In this document: in pieces, positions 23,445-35,657 of the stretch
How the letters are laid out: every line of letters starts with the position of its first letter
Numbering within the stretch: the first letter of the stretch is position 1
Assembly (NCBI GenBank): GCA_905178155.1
Contig: CAJINV010000001.1
Location: 15,252,142-15,316,141 of the forward strand
From: Amoebophrya sp. A120
Lineage: Eukaryota > Protista > Dinoflagellata
Reading direction: 5' to 3'
Length of the DNA stretch: 64,000 nt
Notes under the pieces: generated by a model
What the model saw: only the letters and a program-made list of their open reading frames with translations
The model's database searches: none
What the model was told of the DNA's origin: nothing
Translations under genes and position numbers: made by a program

Positions 23445-24669
23445 GTGGAAGACTCCAGACACAGACGGATGCTTCTACTTTTAGTTCTTCAGCCTTGCTA
23501 GGTAGCCCCAACTCGAAGATTTTTGTATGAATTATCTGCAGTTGTAACAGCTATTTGCGTTATTATGGATTTACTTACTACCACACCCTCCTCTGTTTCG
23601 TGTCAGAATGAGTATGGCTGCATTTTTTATTATTTTGCAGTTCGCAGCGGGGTCCGCAATTGCAATTCGAATTCCAATTTGTTTCCTTTTATTCCACACG
23701 TGTTTCATAGAGAATGTATCTGTTGGTTACAATACCCCATCTTTCGCCTAAGATCGTCGGCCGCTTTTCTAACCTAGTCGATTTTATATGTTCCAATCTA
23801 CTTCTGCTGGCACTGGCAGCAATAGCATGTGAACATACTAACGCAGTGGCAGACGAAGAGGCTTCACTCCTATATGATGCGCACACAGAATCTGGAACCC
23901 ACTGTTTAGATGAATGTATCATGAGTGAGAATTTCATTTTGTTTTTGACGACCTATGCAGTGTGGCCCTTCACGTTCAGCTTCAGTAGTAAATGCACGAG
24001 CCACTCTCCGCCGGTAAGTAATAGACTGCGGGTGCGCACTGAGATTTTGTTGTTTTCCAGATATGGTCGACGCATGATGGTGTCAAGGTCAAGAATGTGT
24101 GATCAACAAAGAGAATACATGTCCAAAGACGATCGAGTATGTAGGAATAACTACTTATAACTACTGGAGCTGACCGCCCCGATCTCATCGCAACTTTGTT
24201 GGACGGATCAATCGGAGCCAAGTTCGGTTTCTATTGTTAAGTACAAAAGCCTATGCTTAATTATCTCGAGCGAAAACTCGGTTTTTGCGATCAAAATTAA
24301 TATACAGAACCGAAATTGAAAGTTCAGAATCGAGTACAGATCCTGCAGAAAAAAGATCAGCTTTCGTGAAAGCAGCGCGGAAATATTGTGGGGTCACAGA
24401 TCCTTCTTGTTTTACGGACAAGCATTTTACCTTGGAAATTAGCCTCCGTTGCAGTCACACACCCCTCAGTATTGCCTACCCTATCACGACTTGACTTTTT
24501 TGTTAGCGATGCGTTTAGCAAACAGGCATCACTTCCGAGCAAGAACCTCACTCGCGATACTAGTGTAGTACGTCGTTCCTTTTCGATCCTCATTGTGCCT
24601 GAGACGTAGTGCTCATCATTCATTGCTTCATTTTTTTTACTGTGCAAAAATCTGAAATAGAAGACAAGA

Positions 24670-27600
24670 ATGGGCGGCAAGAACAAAGGCAAGGGCCGCG
24701 GCAACAAGGGACACGGCAAGGGGGGCAAGGAGAAGGACGGCCTAACCTTTGCCTTCCAGCGACCCGCCGGTGCGCCGGCCATCCCCGCCGCGGAGCAGAG
24801 CCGTTACCACTGCAAATGCAAGAAGTTCAGCGGGCGGACTTCTGAAGAGGTGGCACAGATGATTGCGGACGGGCTCGCAGAACACACACTCAGCGACAAA
24901 ATTCAGCTCGTCGACGCCTTCAAGCGCCGAGCTTGGGACTTCGTGTTCATCGGCGTCCGAACGAAGGACGCTGCTCTCTTCCGCAGCTTTCTGACATCAG
25001 GAGCTAAGACTAGAAGTACTACTAGCGATGAAATTATCAAAGAAGAACAACAGACGACCGCAGGCGCAGTAGGACAGGACGGAAAAACTAGTACACAAAC
25101 TACAGCACCACCCGCGGCCCCACAGCAGGACCAACAAGAACTCCAGCCCGAGCAAGTCGAAATGTTGAAAGATGTACAGTTTCTTATCGAAGAGCAATAC
25201 CCGATCGCCGTCAAGGAGGCCTCCGCCCGGGCTCCCGCGGACGAGGAGACCATCGTCGAGGAGGACCTGGATCGGTTCGGGTACAAGAAGGGACATATTC
25301 CGACCTTGATGGAGTTGAAGACGAAGCTGGCCACCTGGTCAAAACAGAAAAACATTCCGTTAGTGGACAAAGTTTGTCCGTTGTTCAAGCAGTACGACTA
25401 CGACCCGCTGCAGTTGACCATGAAGCACACGTACACACGTACCACCTGCAAAAACATTCTGCGCCGAATGGTGAAGCAGTGCAACAAGAGCAAAACCCCG
25501 CCGCCGCAGTGGGCGAACGTGAACGTGCAGAATCACGGGATCATCGTGGAACCGATTCTAGACTGCCCACAATACGCGCGAGACGCCGGCTACCGGAACA
25601 AGTGCGAATTGTCCTGCGGGGTGAAAGATATTACAACGACATCAAGTACTAGAGAAAAACAAGAAAGCCACGACGATGACGACGGTATCGGGAGGTTCGA
25701 AGTTGGGTTCGTGCAGCGGATGGACCACACGAATGAGCAGGTGATCGGCTCCATTCAGGATCTGCCGCACGTACCTGCGTCCGCGAAAAACGTCTCCACC
25801 GCCCTGAAAAGCGTGATCAAACGCTCTGGCCTGCCCGTGTACCGGAGGCACGCGTCCAAGCGCGCCGGGTTCTGGCGGCTGGTGATGTGCCGGGTGGTGG
25901 ACACAGACAAAACGACGGGAGCTTTACTTCCGGCGGACCAGCACCAAATCCTACTTGTCATCCAGACAACCGCGTTTCACGACCCGGTGTTGCTCGCACA
26001 CTTGACAAAACTGGTGGAAGAGGAGTTCAAGGGGTTGAACTTGCGGTCGCTGTACTGGCAGATGAACGACGGTATGTCAGACGCGTTCGATCCGAACGCG
26101 CCCGTGCTAAAGCTTGCTGGAAATAAAGGTGAAACCGAAGTAGACCAAGGAGCGCTTGTGTTGGCAAAGCACCAGGATGAGGTAGAAAGGATTTTAGACG
26201 AAGCGCACGCGAAACCCATGGCGGAATTCAAGCTCGCGTTTGACGAAGCGACAAAGAATTGCGCGCCGCTGGGCGAAAAGGAAACGCTCGTTGCCCACAT
26301 CGGGAGTAGCGTTGACACCAGTGTGACAGACCGGCAAAATGCGTGGGAATTTGTCCGTGGAATGCGAAGTAACAGGTACTACACTCAGGGCCTGAAGCTG
26401 AACCTGAAGGATGAGCCTGCTAATGACGATGGTGAGGACAATGACAGCACAGAGAACAAACTTGATGGAGCACAACGGGATGCCGATGTCGATCCGCATG
26501 AGAGCCTATCTCCGCACGAATCAACGAGCACGGCCGCAGCGGAGGAAGACGAAGAGGTCGACGAGGTGGAGATGGCGGATCAACCTGAAGAAGATTCAGC
26601 AACTGCTTCAGGGGAGATCCGCACAGCCATGGGTAATCTGATGCGGGCCAGAACAAAGAACGAGAAGAAGAAAAAGAAGAACATTAACGTAAATCCCCCA
26701 CAGTTGGTGTACCACGTGCTCGGTGCGGAGACCTTGAGCATGCCCCTGTGCGGCCTTACCTTCACGTGCGGGCCGAGCAGCTTTTTCCAGACGAACTCGG
26801 TCGTCACGGACAAACTGTACAAGAAGGCGCTGACGTGGGCAGGGCTTCTAGAAAAAGAACAGCCATTGTTGATAGGAAGCGACATCGATTTGCGGAAGCT
26901 CCAAGATGCAGCGACAGAGGAAGCAGGTAAAAGAACACAAATCTTGTTATGTAGCTTTGAGTTTAATACATCCTGCGCTTAGGACTTGTTTTTGTGCTGC
27001 AGCTCGCATACCGATGTAGGCTTATACTGTGACTTTTGCCCGTTAGGGCTCCTCACTAGAAAATCCAAAAACGTTTTCATAATTTGTTCCTCTTAACCTC
27101 CACAACAGCCACGGTCCTTTCCTCCTCCACCAGCAAGCCGGACACGCACCTTGTCCTTGACGTCTGTAGCGGCGTGGGGACGATTGGGTGCATTGCTGCG
27201 AAGTCGGACCCGAACTGCCAGGTCGTCGGGGTGGAGCTCATTCCTGACGCGGTGCAGGCCGCGAATGAAAACGCAAAACTCAACAACGTCAGCGACAACT
27301 GCGTCTTCTACGCCGGCAAGGCCGAAGTCGTGTTGCCGGATTTGTTTTCCTTCCTCGAAGCTTGCAAGAAGAAAGCAGAGACATCGTCATCGAGCAACGA
27401 CATTGAACTCGACGCGGAACTGAGCCAGCGTTTTGCACCCGTAATTGAAACCCTGAAAAAAGCCAGTGCTTCCCACTTCAGCCGAATCACGGCGATCGTG
27501 GACCCGCCGCGCACGGGCTTGCACAAGGACGTCATTTTCGCCTTGCGAAAGAACCTGGCGATCGACCGCTTAGTGTACGTCAGCTGCAACCCGGACACGC

Positions 27601-27893
27601 TGTGCGACGACGTCGTGAAGTTGTGTTCGCTGGAGGGAGATTGCGACGAGGAGGCGTTCGTGCCGTTCAAGGGCGTACCCGTGGACATGTTCCCGCACAC
27701 CGTGCACTTGGAGATGATCTTGTACCTGGAAAGGTACAAACCAGCCCGGCACGACCAAATCTGGCAGGGAGAACCGCTGTGGGTGCAGAAAATGAAGGCG
27801 AGAGAGGAAGCAGAACGACGGGCGGGAGTCGCGGCTGAGCCCGATGCGAAAAGACGGAAGAAAGGCGCCGAGGTGGAGAGGGACGAGAAGTGA
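24670..27893 (+). CDS. TRM2: tRNA (uracil-5-)-methyltransferase, TRM2/TrmA family
   Basis: Exons 24670-26926 and 27109-27893 (GT-AG). Motifs GYRNKCEL, GFWRLVMCR, SFFQTNS, LDVCSGVGTIG, IVDPPRTGL, LVYVSCNP, VDMFPHTVHLE. Confidence 0.93.
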
Positions 27894-28423
27894 TGAATGC
27901 ATGCGCTCCCTTGCGTGAAGACGAAAACTCCTTGGCAGCTTAGTCTATGTTCAAAAAATGTTACGACCACGACGTCAAATAAACCAACATGTGCTCCTTC
28001 CGAACCGGCGGAGGTGAAGACTCTAAAGAGTGAAGCTCGACGCCGCTCATCACAATCTATCGTATCGTCGTGTTCCGTTTATTGTCATGTGGATCGTTGC
28101 ATGTGCTGCTGCTGCCACAAGAGCGACAATATGAGAAATTAAAAGAAGAACATGCGCACTAGCAAAAAGAAAAAAAGATCATGCCCACGATGAACATATA
28201 CTTGTCTGGTTGCAAAAGATCAGAACTGACGTTACCTTTTTTTTGTCAAAGCGTTCTGAGTAAACGTCAACCGCTGAAAGCGCATAGGCGCGTTAGATTC
28301 CCTCTGAAAGTCCGTCTTGTTTCTACAGCACAGCTCAGCTGCGCGTGTATTCTTCTCTTCTACTTAATTTTGATTTGCGTCTTTTGCTTTTGAGCATGGT
28401 CCGCACTACATGCAATAGTAAGC
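27803..28423 (+). repeat. TRM2 3' end and downstream flank (source of local duplications)
   Basis: 27803-27863 matches 33004-33064 with one mismatch. About 27897-28423 aligns with indels to about 31522-32073. Confidence 0.85.
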
Positions 28424-28711
28424 GAATTTCAGTACCTTTGTCCAATTGAAATGGGTGAGGCGCCTGCAGTTGTCAGAGACGAGAGGGAGAGAAAAAACAA
28501 AATCGAAGAAAATTTAGCCGACTTTGGCCCAAATAAAGAGCGGAGCCGGAGGGGCTCATTTTCACACCTTTGCTGTTATTTTCGTTCTCTTCGCTCAACA
28601 CCAATCGAAATTCGCAGGAAGACCTTTGATGTAATATCGCTCACGTTGCAGCTTCATCGTCAAGATGTTCGAAGAAATACAAACAAAAGCGCATTAGCAG
28701 ACATCGAAAAT

Positions 28712-30143
28712 ATGCTGTCGAGGGCGCGTTGGCGCCGAGCGCCCACACTGGCACCCGAAAACGTGCGCGGAGGTGCAGAAGTAACGCGTGCGCATAATTA
28801 TTCATTTCCAGCAGTTATCTGGAGTCCTACTCGAGGCCGCAGCAGCGTTACTATAGTACTCAGCTGTGGAGCGACGTATCCTATCCCGATGAGTTGCGGG
28901 CGACTCAAGTCAAGTTTAGTGTTGAAAGCATGATTTTATTCGCTGTGTGCTCAGACAGGGTAAACTGTGGTTTGATGTTGTGCATGATCGCCAGTGCTGG
29001 AGTTGGAGATGATTTGGGAGAAGTGATGAAAGTACTTCGATCCGCATCAATCCTCTGCGTAACGATGAAGACTTGAGTATTTGCAAGTTTTTCCATGCAT
29101 AAGACTGTCTCCTACCGCAGCACTCGATCAGAAGCGTCTGGGGGGGGGGGGGGTGGCAAAACATCACCATCAACCACCGGTATAATAAATTTGAGTCAGC
29201 TAATATTAGGCCATAGACCTCTTGCACTTGCTGTTTCACATGCTTTCGACGTCTACTTTGTGTGGTCCATCTGAAAGGGCGGTTTATTCTGTAGAGAAAA
29301 TGGTTTCTTGTTAGTGCTGCGACAACTTGTGAAAAGACGTGCCCATATGTTTTTCCACTTGGGTTTTCTTCACATGACGATGACACTATGCAATGCAAGG
29401 AAATGAATATTCTATAAATCAAAATAAAAAAAAAAATATTAATATAACAGCGGAGCGCACAAGCCCCTGGAGGATGTCGGCACAGACAGCGCCACGGACG
29501 ATGGCGGAACTTTCGACAAGGCGTTCGGTGAATCCATTGCAGGTACTTTTGCATTCTCTCTGCATTGCTTCTCACCCCCCGAATAAACCGAAATCGGGCC
29601 TTACTCCGAGAACAAGAAAAACCGGCATGCCACTCGGTGCGGCACGTATAAGAGCGGAAACCTCCGCTTGTAGTGGTTCGTTTTCTGTAATCTGTAGTTG
29701 TTCGACAGGAGTAGAGGGAACGAATAGGGATCTATCAGAAAAAGTATTCAACGTCACCTGTTGTTTCACTTATGTTTGTAGATGAATGTTGGCGAAAAGG
29801 ACGTCCCTCAAATGTGAAAAAGTCAACGAGACCGCGGACACGCTACAAAGGTACTACTTATGCAGCCAAGAAGGACAGGTCAGCTGCGCCTGCGTTTCTC
29901 GAGAAGGAGGAGCAGGGGCGTTTGCTGCAGTTGTACGGAACGGGAGCAGATGGGACGAGTCCGCGGAAGACATTAGACGAAATGAGCGACCTGGAACTGG
30001 CCTACTTCCAAGGTATGTGGATCGGGCATTTGTCTGCGACTGTGCCTGGTGAGGACCAGATGCTCAAAGTCATCCAGCCGATCACACTGCAAAAATTGGA
30101 GGAAATCCGCCGGCAACTGCGATCACAGGTCGAGCACGACTGA
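28712..30143 (+). CDS. Hypothetical protein (spliced)
   Basis: Internal exon 29451-29542 (GAHKPLEDVGTDSATDDGGTFDKAFGESIA) joins across GT-AG intron 29543-29781 to DECWRKGRP…VEHD*. The first exon from ATG 28712 is tentative. Confidence 0.5.
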
Positions 30144-31008
30144 TTTCGATCTCCTTTGTTCGCTTCCGAGAGTTTTTGATGTGGTCACTACCAATAATGA
30201 GATGCTATCTAGTTTGGGGAGGGCGCCAGGGAAGGGCGGTGGGCCGCGGTGCCCGGGGCGGCGGGCGATTTTGCAAATTCCAGAGCCGTAGTGGCTTGGG
30301 GCACTCTCTTCAGCCCGTAACTGTTTCGGACTTGGCGTCGGGTGGTTTTCATAATTTTAAATACTCCTCGAAGTTCTGAAGTTCGAATTCCATGCAGAGG
30401 AGCTGCGAATTTTGGGAATTCGAAAAAATGATCCATTTTTGAAAATTGAAATTTTTTTTTGGGAGAGTGGATTGTTTCGGGAATTCGAAAAAAACATTTG
30501 AAATTGGGAAATTGCAAAAATTTTCTCGATGGTGAGCGATTTTGGAAATTCGAGAAAATTTCTAAGTTTGAAGATTGGAAGGCTTTTTCTTCAAGTAGCG
30601 CTACAACCAAACGAGAGAAGCAAAAACTTCACCCGGATTCCGTGTATCCAATATGAACAAACAAACAAACAAGATTGGAAGGAAAAGTCTTGGTGTTGGA
30701 CCATTTTGGGAATTCGAGAAATTCTTAAAGGTTTGGAAATTGCAAAATAATTTATGGTGTGGGGGATGTTTTCGAACTGCCCCCGCTAGGCAGGAGGAGT
30801 TTTATGGATTGGGAAGTGGCAGTGGCACACCAATGGATTGCGAATCTTAGATACTGAGCCCCATTTCAATTATATACTTCTTTCAAATGGATTTATCGAG
30901 GGCGTTCAAAAATTTCAGGAGTTTGATTGAATTGGAAAAATTAACTCCAAATCTCAGGCCCCGGAACTCCTCTTCCATTTTCCCATCTACCGGTTTGGTT
31001 CGAAGTTC

Positions 31009-31500
31009 TTGAGCTTTGACTTTAACAAAGACGGCGCATTGAGTCCCGCGGAGTTCAAGCACTTCTTTTCGGAGTACAGCAACGAGGATGGTGGAGCGGC
31101 AAAAGACTCGTCGACGTATTTTGCGATGTTCGACGCGAACGCAGATGGCCAGTTGTTGATGACAGAGATGATCCCGAAGTGTCCCTGCATCGTGTCGCCT
31201 GGGGCCAGAACAACGGAGAATCAGGACCATTCTTCGACATTGGAACTGCGGTCCCGTATGAGAGCCGGGAACGCGCGGTCTAAAGCCAACGCAAAAGCGG
31301 CTGCAATGCGGGCTGCGAGTGCTCCTAATGTGGCGGTTACCTCTGGCGGCGCGATTTACGATGCAAGAGACGTTGATAAGGAGAAAACAGAACAATGGAT
31401 GAAGGACAATTTTGTGACTCAAGGTGGGGGGCTGCTCCCCGAAGCCCATGCACCCCGTCCGCACGGGCTTCGACCCGCGTGTCCCTGTCATCATGGATGA
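31009..31500 (+). CDS. EF-hand pair protein fragment (no clear start; possible pseudogene or terminal exon)
   Basis: Two EF-hand loops, DFNKDGALSPAE and DANADGQLLMTE. No in-frame ATG was seen before the first loop. Confidence 0.55.
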   Translation: MSFDFNKDGALSPAEFKHFFSEYSNEDGGAAKDSSTYFAMFDANADGQLLMTEMIPKCPCIVSPGARTTENQDHSSTLELRSRMRAGNARSKANAKAAAMRAASAPNVAVTSGGAIYDARDVDKEKTEQWMKDNFVTQGGGLLPEAHAPRPHGLRPACPCHHG

Positions 31501-31521
31501 AACAATTGGAATTGCACTTTG

Positions 31522-32073
31522 ATGGATGCGCTTGCTTGATGAACACGAGAACTTGGCAGTTTACTCTATGTCTAGAAGTTGTTATGCTGACGGCAAATGT
31601 TGCTACCTATGAATAATAGAAAATCTCCAATATGTGCTTCCGCACCGGCGGTGAAGACTCCAAAGAGTGCAGCTCGACGCCGCTCATATCAATCTATCGT
31701 GCCGCCGTGTTCCGGTACTGTCATATAATTCGTTGGATGTGCTGATACAGGAGCGATGACATAATAAATAGCGAGAACAGTTGCACTCGCAAGAAAGATC
31801 TTAATGCGAGGAAAATGTTTTGCTTGTCTGGTTCTGGTACTGCTACTGGTTGCAGAACGAAGATCTTCAGCGCTGCCGTTTAATGTTCTTTGTCAAAGCG
31901 TTGAGACTCATCTTCATGGTTGGTATCTCGTCACAGGCACGTTAAATTTTATATTTTTTCAAGAAGTCCGTTTTGCTTTTGTTTCTACACAGTTCAGGTG
32001 GGTTTCTCTTCTGTCTGGATCTTGTGTCTTCTGCTTTTCTGCATGGTCCGCATCATCATATGTAATAGTAAGC
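31522..32073 (+). repeat. Diverged copy of the TRM2 3' flank
   Basis: Shared blocks include ACCGGCGG(AG)GTGAAGACTC-AAAGAGTG-AGCTCGACGCCGCTCAT, TTTGTCAAAGCGTT, GCATGGTCCGCA and AATAGTAAGC. Confidence 0.85.
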
Positions 32074-32154
32074 ACATCGAGTTCGAGTTGTACTTCGTAT
32101 AAAATCGTCATCGTCAAAAATCAAGTCCAAGCCAAAGTTCTTTAGCTGGAATAG

Positions 32155-33076
32155 GTTTTGAGTTACCTGCACTGCTCTGGTCTACTTCGTGGTCCTACCG
32201 AAAAAAGGACAGCTGCCGAGCAGGAGTTGCAGCGTTTCCGGGATAGTGTCACGCATGATATTGATAAGGAGATAGTACAAAGAGTGTCTTCTTTTTTGAA
32301 GAAAGTGCTCCGACTCCCAGGCGGGCCGCAGGTTGTTACCAAGTGTATTCCTGGCGCATTTACAGAGACGAGCCGTGCCTTCCGCGGTGAATTTGCACGC
32401 AGTGTGGAACTCAGCGAATGGGAAACCGTGTGCGATCCAATAGAGGCACGCTGCTCAGGTTGTCCCAAAATTTCGACCGTACTCGACGAATCATTTCCCC
32501 CTGGGCGTTATCGGCCATGGATTTATGGCAAGCACGTTCTTCTGGGTTACATCATGTGCAAGGACGAGTTTGACGTCGACATTTTAAGCCTCCCGGGAAC
32601 GGTATTAATTGCGGAAGAATCGAAACGAAATTAATTTAGAATTTCTTTATTCATTTACTCTCGGTTTAAGACTATGACAAACACGAATTTTAAAGCCGAG
32701 CCATTGCAACACCAACAGAGCCTCACTTTTGCACCATTGGTATTTGTGCATGAGCGGTCTCTGCACTTTCTCTAGAAAATTGGAATTTCAATACTTACAG
32801 TACGAGACGAGCGAAGACAGTACCCATTTGGGGCGTGATTTTGGTCATCCCTTCCAACCGACGTTAATTCGGCTGAGCCGTTCAGAAGCTATCAAGACAA
32901 AAGCAGAACAAATCAAGTTTAGGACAAAACTAGAAGCGTTTGAGGCAAACCCTAAAGCGTTCATAGCAAACGCGAGAGCAGAAGCTAAACAAGCTATCAA
33001 GGCAGAGGAAGCAGAACGACGGGCGGGAGTCGCGGCTGAGCCGGATGCGAAAAGACGGAAGAAAAGTGGGGAGTGA
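32155..33076 (+). CDS. Orphan hypothetical protein ending in a copy of the TRM2 C-terminal tail (5' end missing)
   Basis: Exons about 32155-32601 and 32801-33076 joined by an in-phase GT-AG intron at 32602-32800. Ends EEAERRAGVAAEPDAKRRKK as TRM2 does. An in-frame TAG at 32152-32154 precedes it and no start ATG was found. Confidence 0.5.
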
Positions 33077-33214
33077 GTAGTGGAACAAAAGTGATGAATG
33101 CGAAAGTGAATGGATGAATGGCTGCGCTTACTTGAAACGAACTCGACGACTTCGTCACATGTTGCTTTAGTATGTAGTGAGGTCACGAACGTTCTAACCT
33201 AGCGATCTTTTTGA

Positions 33215-33773
33215 CAGGCAGTGCGCAAAACGACCGGCAGTTATCAAGCGGGCGGAAGTGTTTTTGGACATAAAAATTTTTCAATTATCAAGCGGGCGGG
33301 GCTTTGCCGTCAAACAAGCCCGGTCGAAAACTATCGATTCCCGCTTGATAAAACGACGCAGGGGAGCCGGCAAAAGGGGCGCCCTTCTGAGGCGCCCACC
33401 GCCTTGGTTTCTGGCGATTTGGGGCGCCCAAAAAGGGGCGTCCAAAAAGCAGCGCTCCAAAAAAAACAGCGAATCCGCATGGTATGGGCCTCATTTTGCC
33501 CCACATTCGGGCCCCGCAAAAGACGCCTTCAAAGTCCGCCATTTCAGAGGCGGACTGAAGGCCAGAAGATGCGGCATTTTGGCAAAAAAAAACAAAAAAA
33601 ACAAAGTCCGCCAAAAGCAAAAAGCCAATCCGCATGCTATGGGCCCGATTTGGGGCTCCCAAGAGGCCGACCCTGGCGCGGGCCCCGGCGGGGCCATAGC
33701 ATGCGGGGAAGGTTTTTCGATTCGAAACCAAAAGGAGGCCGCCTCTGGATTGAGATTTTTAGCGACTGCCGTG
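33215..33773. repeat. GC-rich, A-tract intergenic element with internal direct and inverted motifs (possible non-autonomous transposon)
   Basis: TTATCAAGCGGG at 33241 and 33285, inverted at 33340. AATCCGCATG(G/C)TATGGGCC at 33472 and 33627, partial inverted copy at 33691. Weak terminal inverted similarity and no TSD. Confidence 0.45.
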
Positions 33774-34232
33774 CCGTCGTGCATAACATTACCCACGATG
33801 GCATGGCGGGCAGAGAAGTTGCGTCCTTTTTTGGCGTGAAGACAAAAAGATCGCCGTGACCTCACTACCTCCGCGGACGCGGCTATTATTGGTAATACTT
33901 GCGACCACGACATCATCAAGATAAACAACACGTGCTTATGAACGGGAAGGTCACTCTAATAAAGAGTGGGACGCAAAAAATTCTCGTTTTGTGGAGGTGT
34001 CAATCAAACCCTCGTGTTCCGTAATTTAGAAAACAAAGGGGAACACTGAGAGGACGTTCTCAGTTTCATCTGGTCACTGGGTCCAGGGTGATGTACGGAT
34101 TTGCAAGATCATCTAATTTCGGATGTTGACCAAAAATCGCGAGAAGAAAGTGTTGATGTTCTAGACGCATGACCGGTCACGGCGCGTGACCAGGCTGCAA
34201 AAAAGCAAAGTTAAGTACCGACTTTCATCAAC

Positions 34233-35657
34233 ATGAATCGTGCTGCTCTTGCTGCGAGGCCAACTTCGGTCAAAAATGCTGCGATGTTAAGCGCATCTGC
34301 AGCCCCTGGAAGCTCTGGTCCGGCCGGAATGAGCTCCTTGAATGCGGCTGAAAAAGTTTTGCGGGAGGACAGAAAACCATCAAAACCGAGATCAACATTC
34401 GACGACCTGTTTGTCCATGTCACGCGCGCTTGGAAACGCATGCACGCAACGGGAAAACGGACTCTGCCACGAACGAAAATCCACGGCGCGCAGTTCGTTC
34501 AAATTTTGTTCGACCTTCGCCTAGTACCGAAGGCACCTTCAAGGGATGAATATTCCACTTCTAATCGCAGCACCAACGATTCATCTTGGGCCACCCGAAA
34601 AATCATCGAAGCGCAAAAAAGAATATGGAAGCAGCACGATATCACCAACGCGACGCGTTTCTGCGCAGAAGATGAAGTATGGAGGAACGAAGACGCGGCT
34701 ATTCCCTACTTTTCCGGCAACATTGACACGATGGGACACAAGGACTCCTCCATGTTGCGCGCACGGCCGGTGCGGCTCAGGCTACGTGGTGACGGGGTCC
34801 GCGAAGCCAAAACAGCAATTGAAACGGTAGAAAGATTCCTGGGGAAGCCGCCCGTAATCGCAGAAAAAAAAGCTGCTTCAAATAGCACTGCTAGTAGTGA
34901 CGCAAAGAGTTGTAGTACACAGCAAGATCCCGATCCCACTGCCGGAGCAGGTGCGGCCAAAGATGGAAACTCAGGCACAGTAGAAGACGGCACGACGGAG
35001 CGCGAGTCCCGTCGGGAAAGACGAAGGCGTCAACAGGAAGTGCGCAGATTAGCAAGATTGGATCTTGGTGAAGAGGAGCAATCTAATGCACTATCAAGCA
35101 GCACACCAAGAACCCGTCGTCTCTCTGCGCCGGATGTACTGGACTTGATGATGCAGCGGGGGTACTACGGGCAGTTTATCGAAAAGAAAATAAACTCCGC
35201 AGGTCCGGGCCGGCCACCGAAGCTGACGCTCGAAGAGTGCAAGAAATGGGCGGCGTTTTTCTACCTGGAAAAGCTGAAACAGCTGAACCGAGAGGAAAAT
35301 GCTGAAAGACGCTCCTCCGCGTCTGCAAAGACGATTTCTCAATCGGTCGTGGACCACCCGGAAAGTATCTCATCAACCAATGAATTGAGCGGAGCAGGTA
35401 CCACACCGGCTATAGCATCCGCGACGCTGGTCAACCCCCCCGTAGTGACGCAAGACATCGGAGCCACGTTGGCGAGTCAGAAACTCCGGCGGCATGAGTT
35501 GCGATCCGTCCTGCACCGTCAAGCACAGTCGATGGATCCGGCAAAGAAAGATCTGGCAGCCGGCGGACCCGCGAAGAGGATCGCTTTGGCACGAAATTCA
35601 AGGCATAGTCGCCGCTACAGAAAGCGCCCCCGCGAAGACAAGCGCTGCATGTACTGA
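34233..35657 (+). CDS. Hypothetical protein
   Basis: 474-aa ORF with ATG start on the gene-bearing strand. No recognisable domain. The N-terminus is Ala/Ser/Arg-rich. Confidence 0.65.
   Translation: MNRAALAARPTSVKNAAMLSASAAPGSSGPAGMSSLNAAEKVLREDRKPSKPRSTFDDLFVHVTRAWKRMHATGKRTLPRTKIHGAQFVQILFDLRLVPKAPSRDEYSTSNRSTNDSSWATRKIIEAQKRIWKQHDITNATRFCAEDEVWRNEDAAIPYFSGNIDTMGHKDSSMLRARPVRLRLRGDGVREAKTAIETVERFLGKPPVIAEKKAASNSTASSDAKSCSTQQDPDPTAGAGAAKDGNSGTVEDGTTERESRRERRRRQQEVRRLARLDLGEEEQSNALSSSTPRTRRLSAPDVLDLMMQRGYYGQFIEKKINSAGPGRPPKLTLEECKKWAAFFYLEKLKQLNREENAERRSSASAKTISQSVVDHPESISSTNELSGAGTTPAIASATLVNPPVVTQDIGATLASQKLRRHELRSVLHRQAQSMDPAKKDLAAGGPAKRIALARNSRHSRRYRKRPREDKRCMY

Noticed and set aside
29138-29154. 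Poly-G run
   Set aside because: Simple homopolymer inside a probable intron, with length prone to sequencing error.
28843-29452. Possible fifth introner between CAGCG direct repeats (starts TTACTATAG, ends AATATAA); removal keeps the frame
   Set aside because: No real TIR, no C at -9, no G at TSD position 4 and no internal motif. A canonical in-phase GTATCC donor near 28876 pairs with the AG at 29449-29450.
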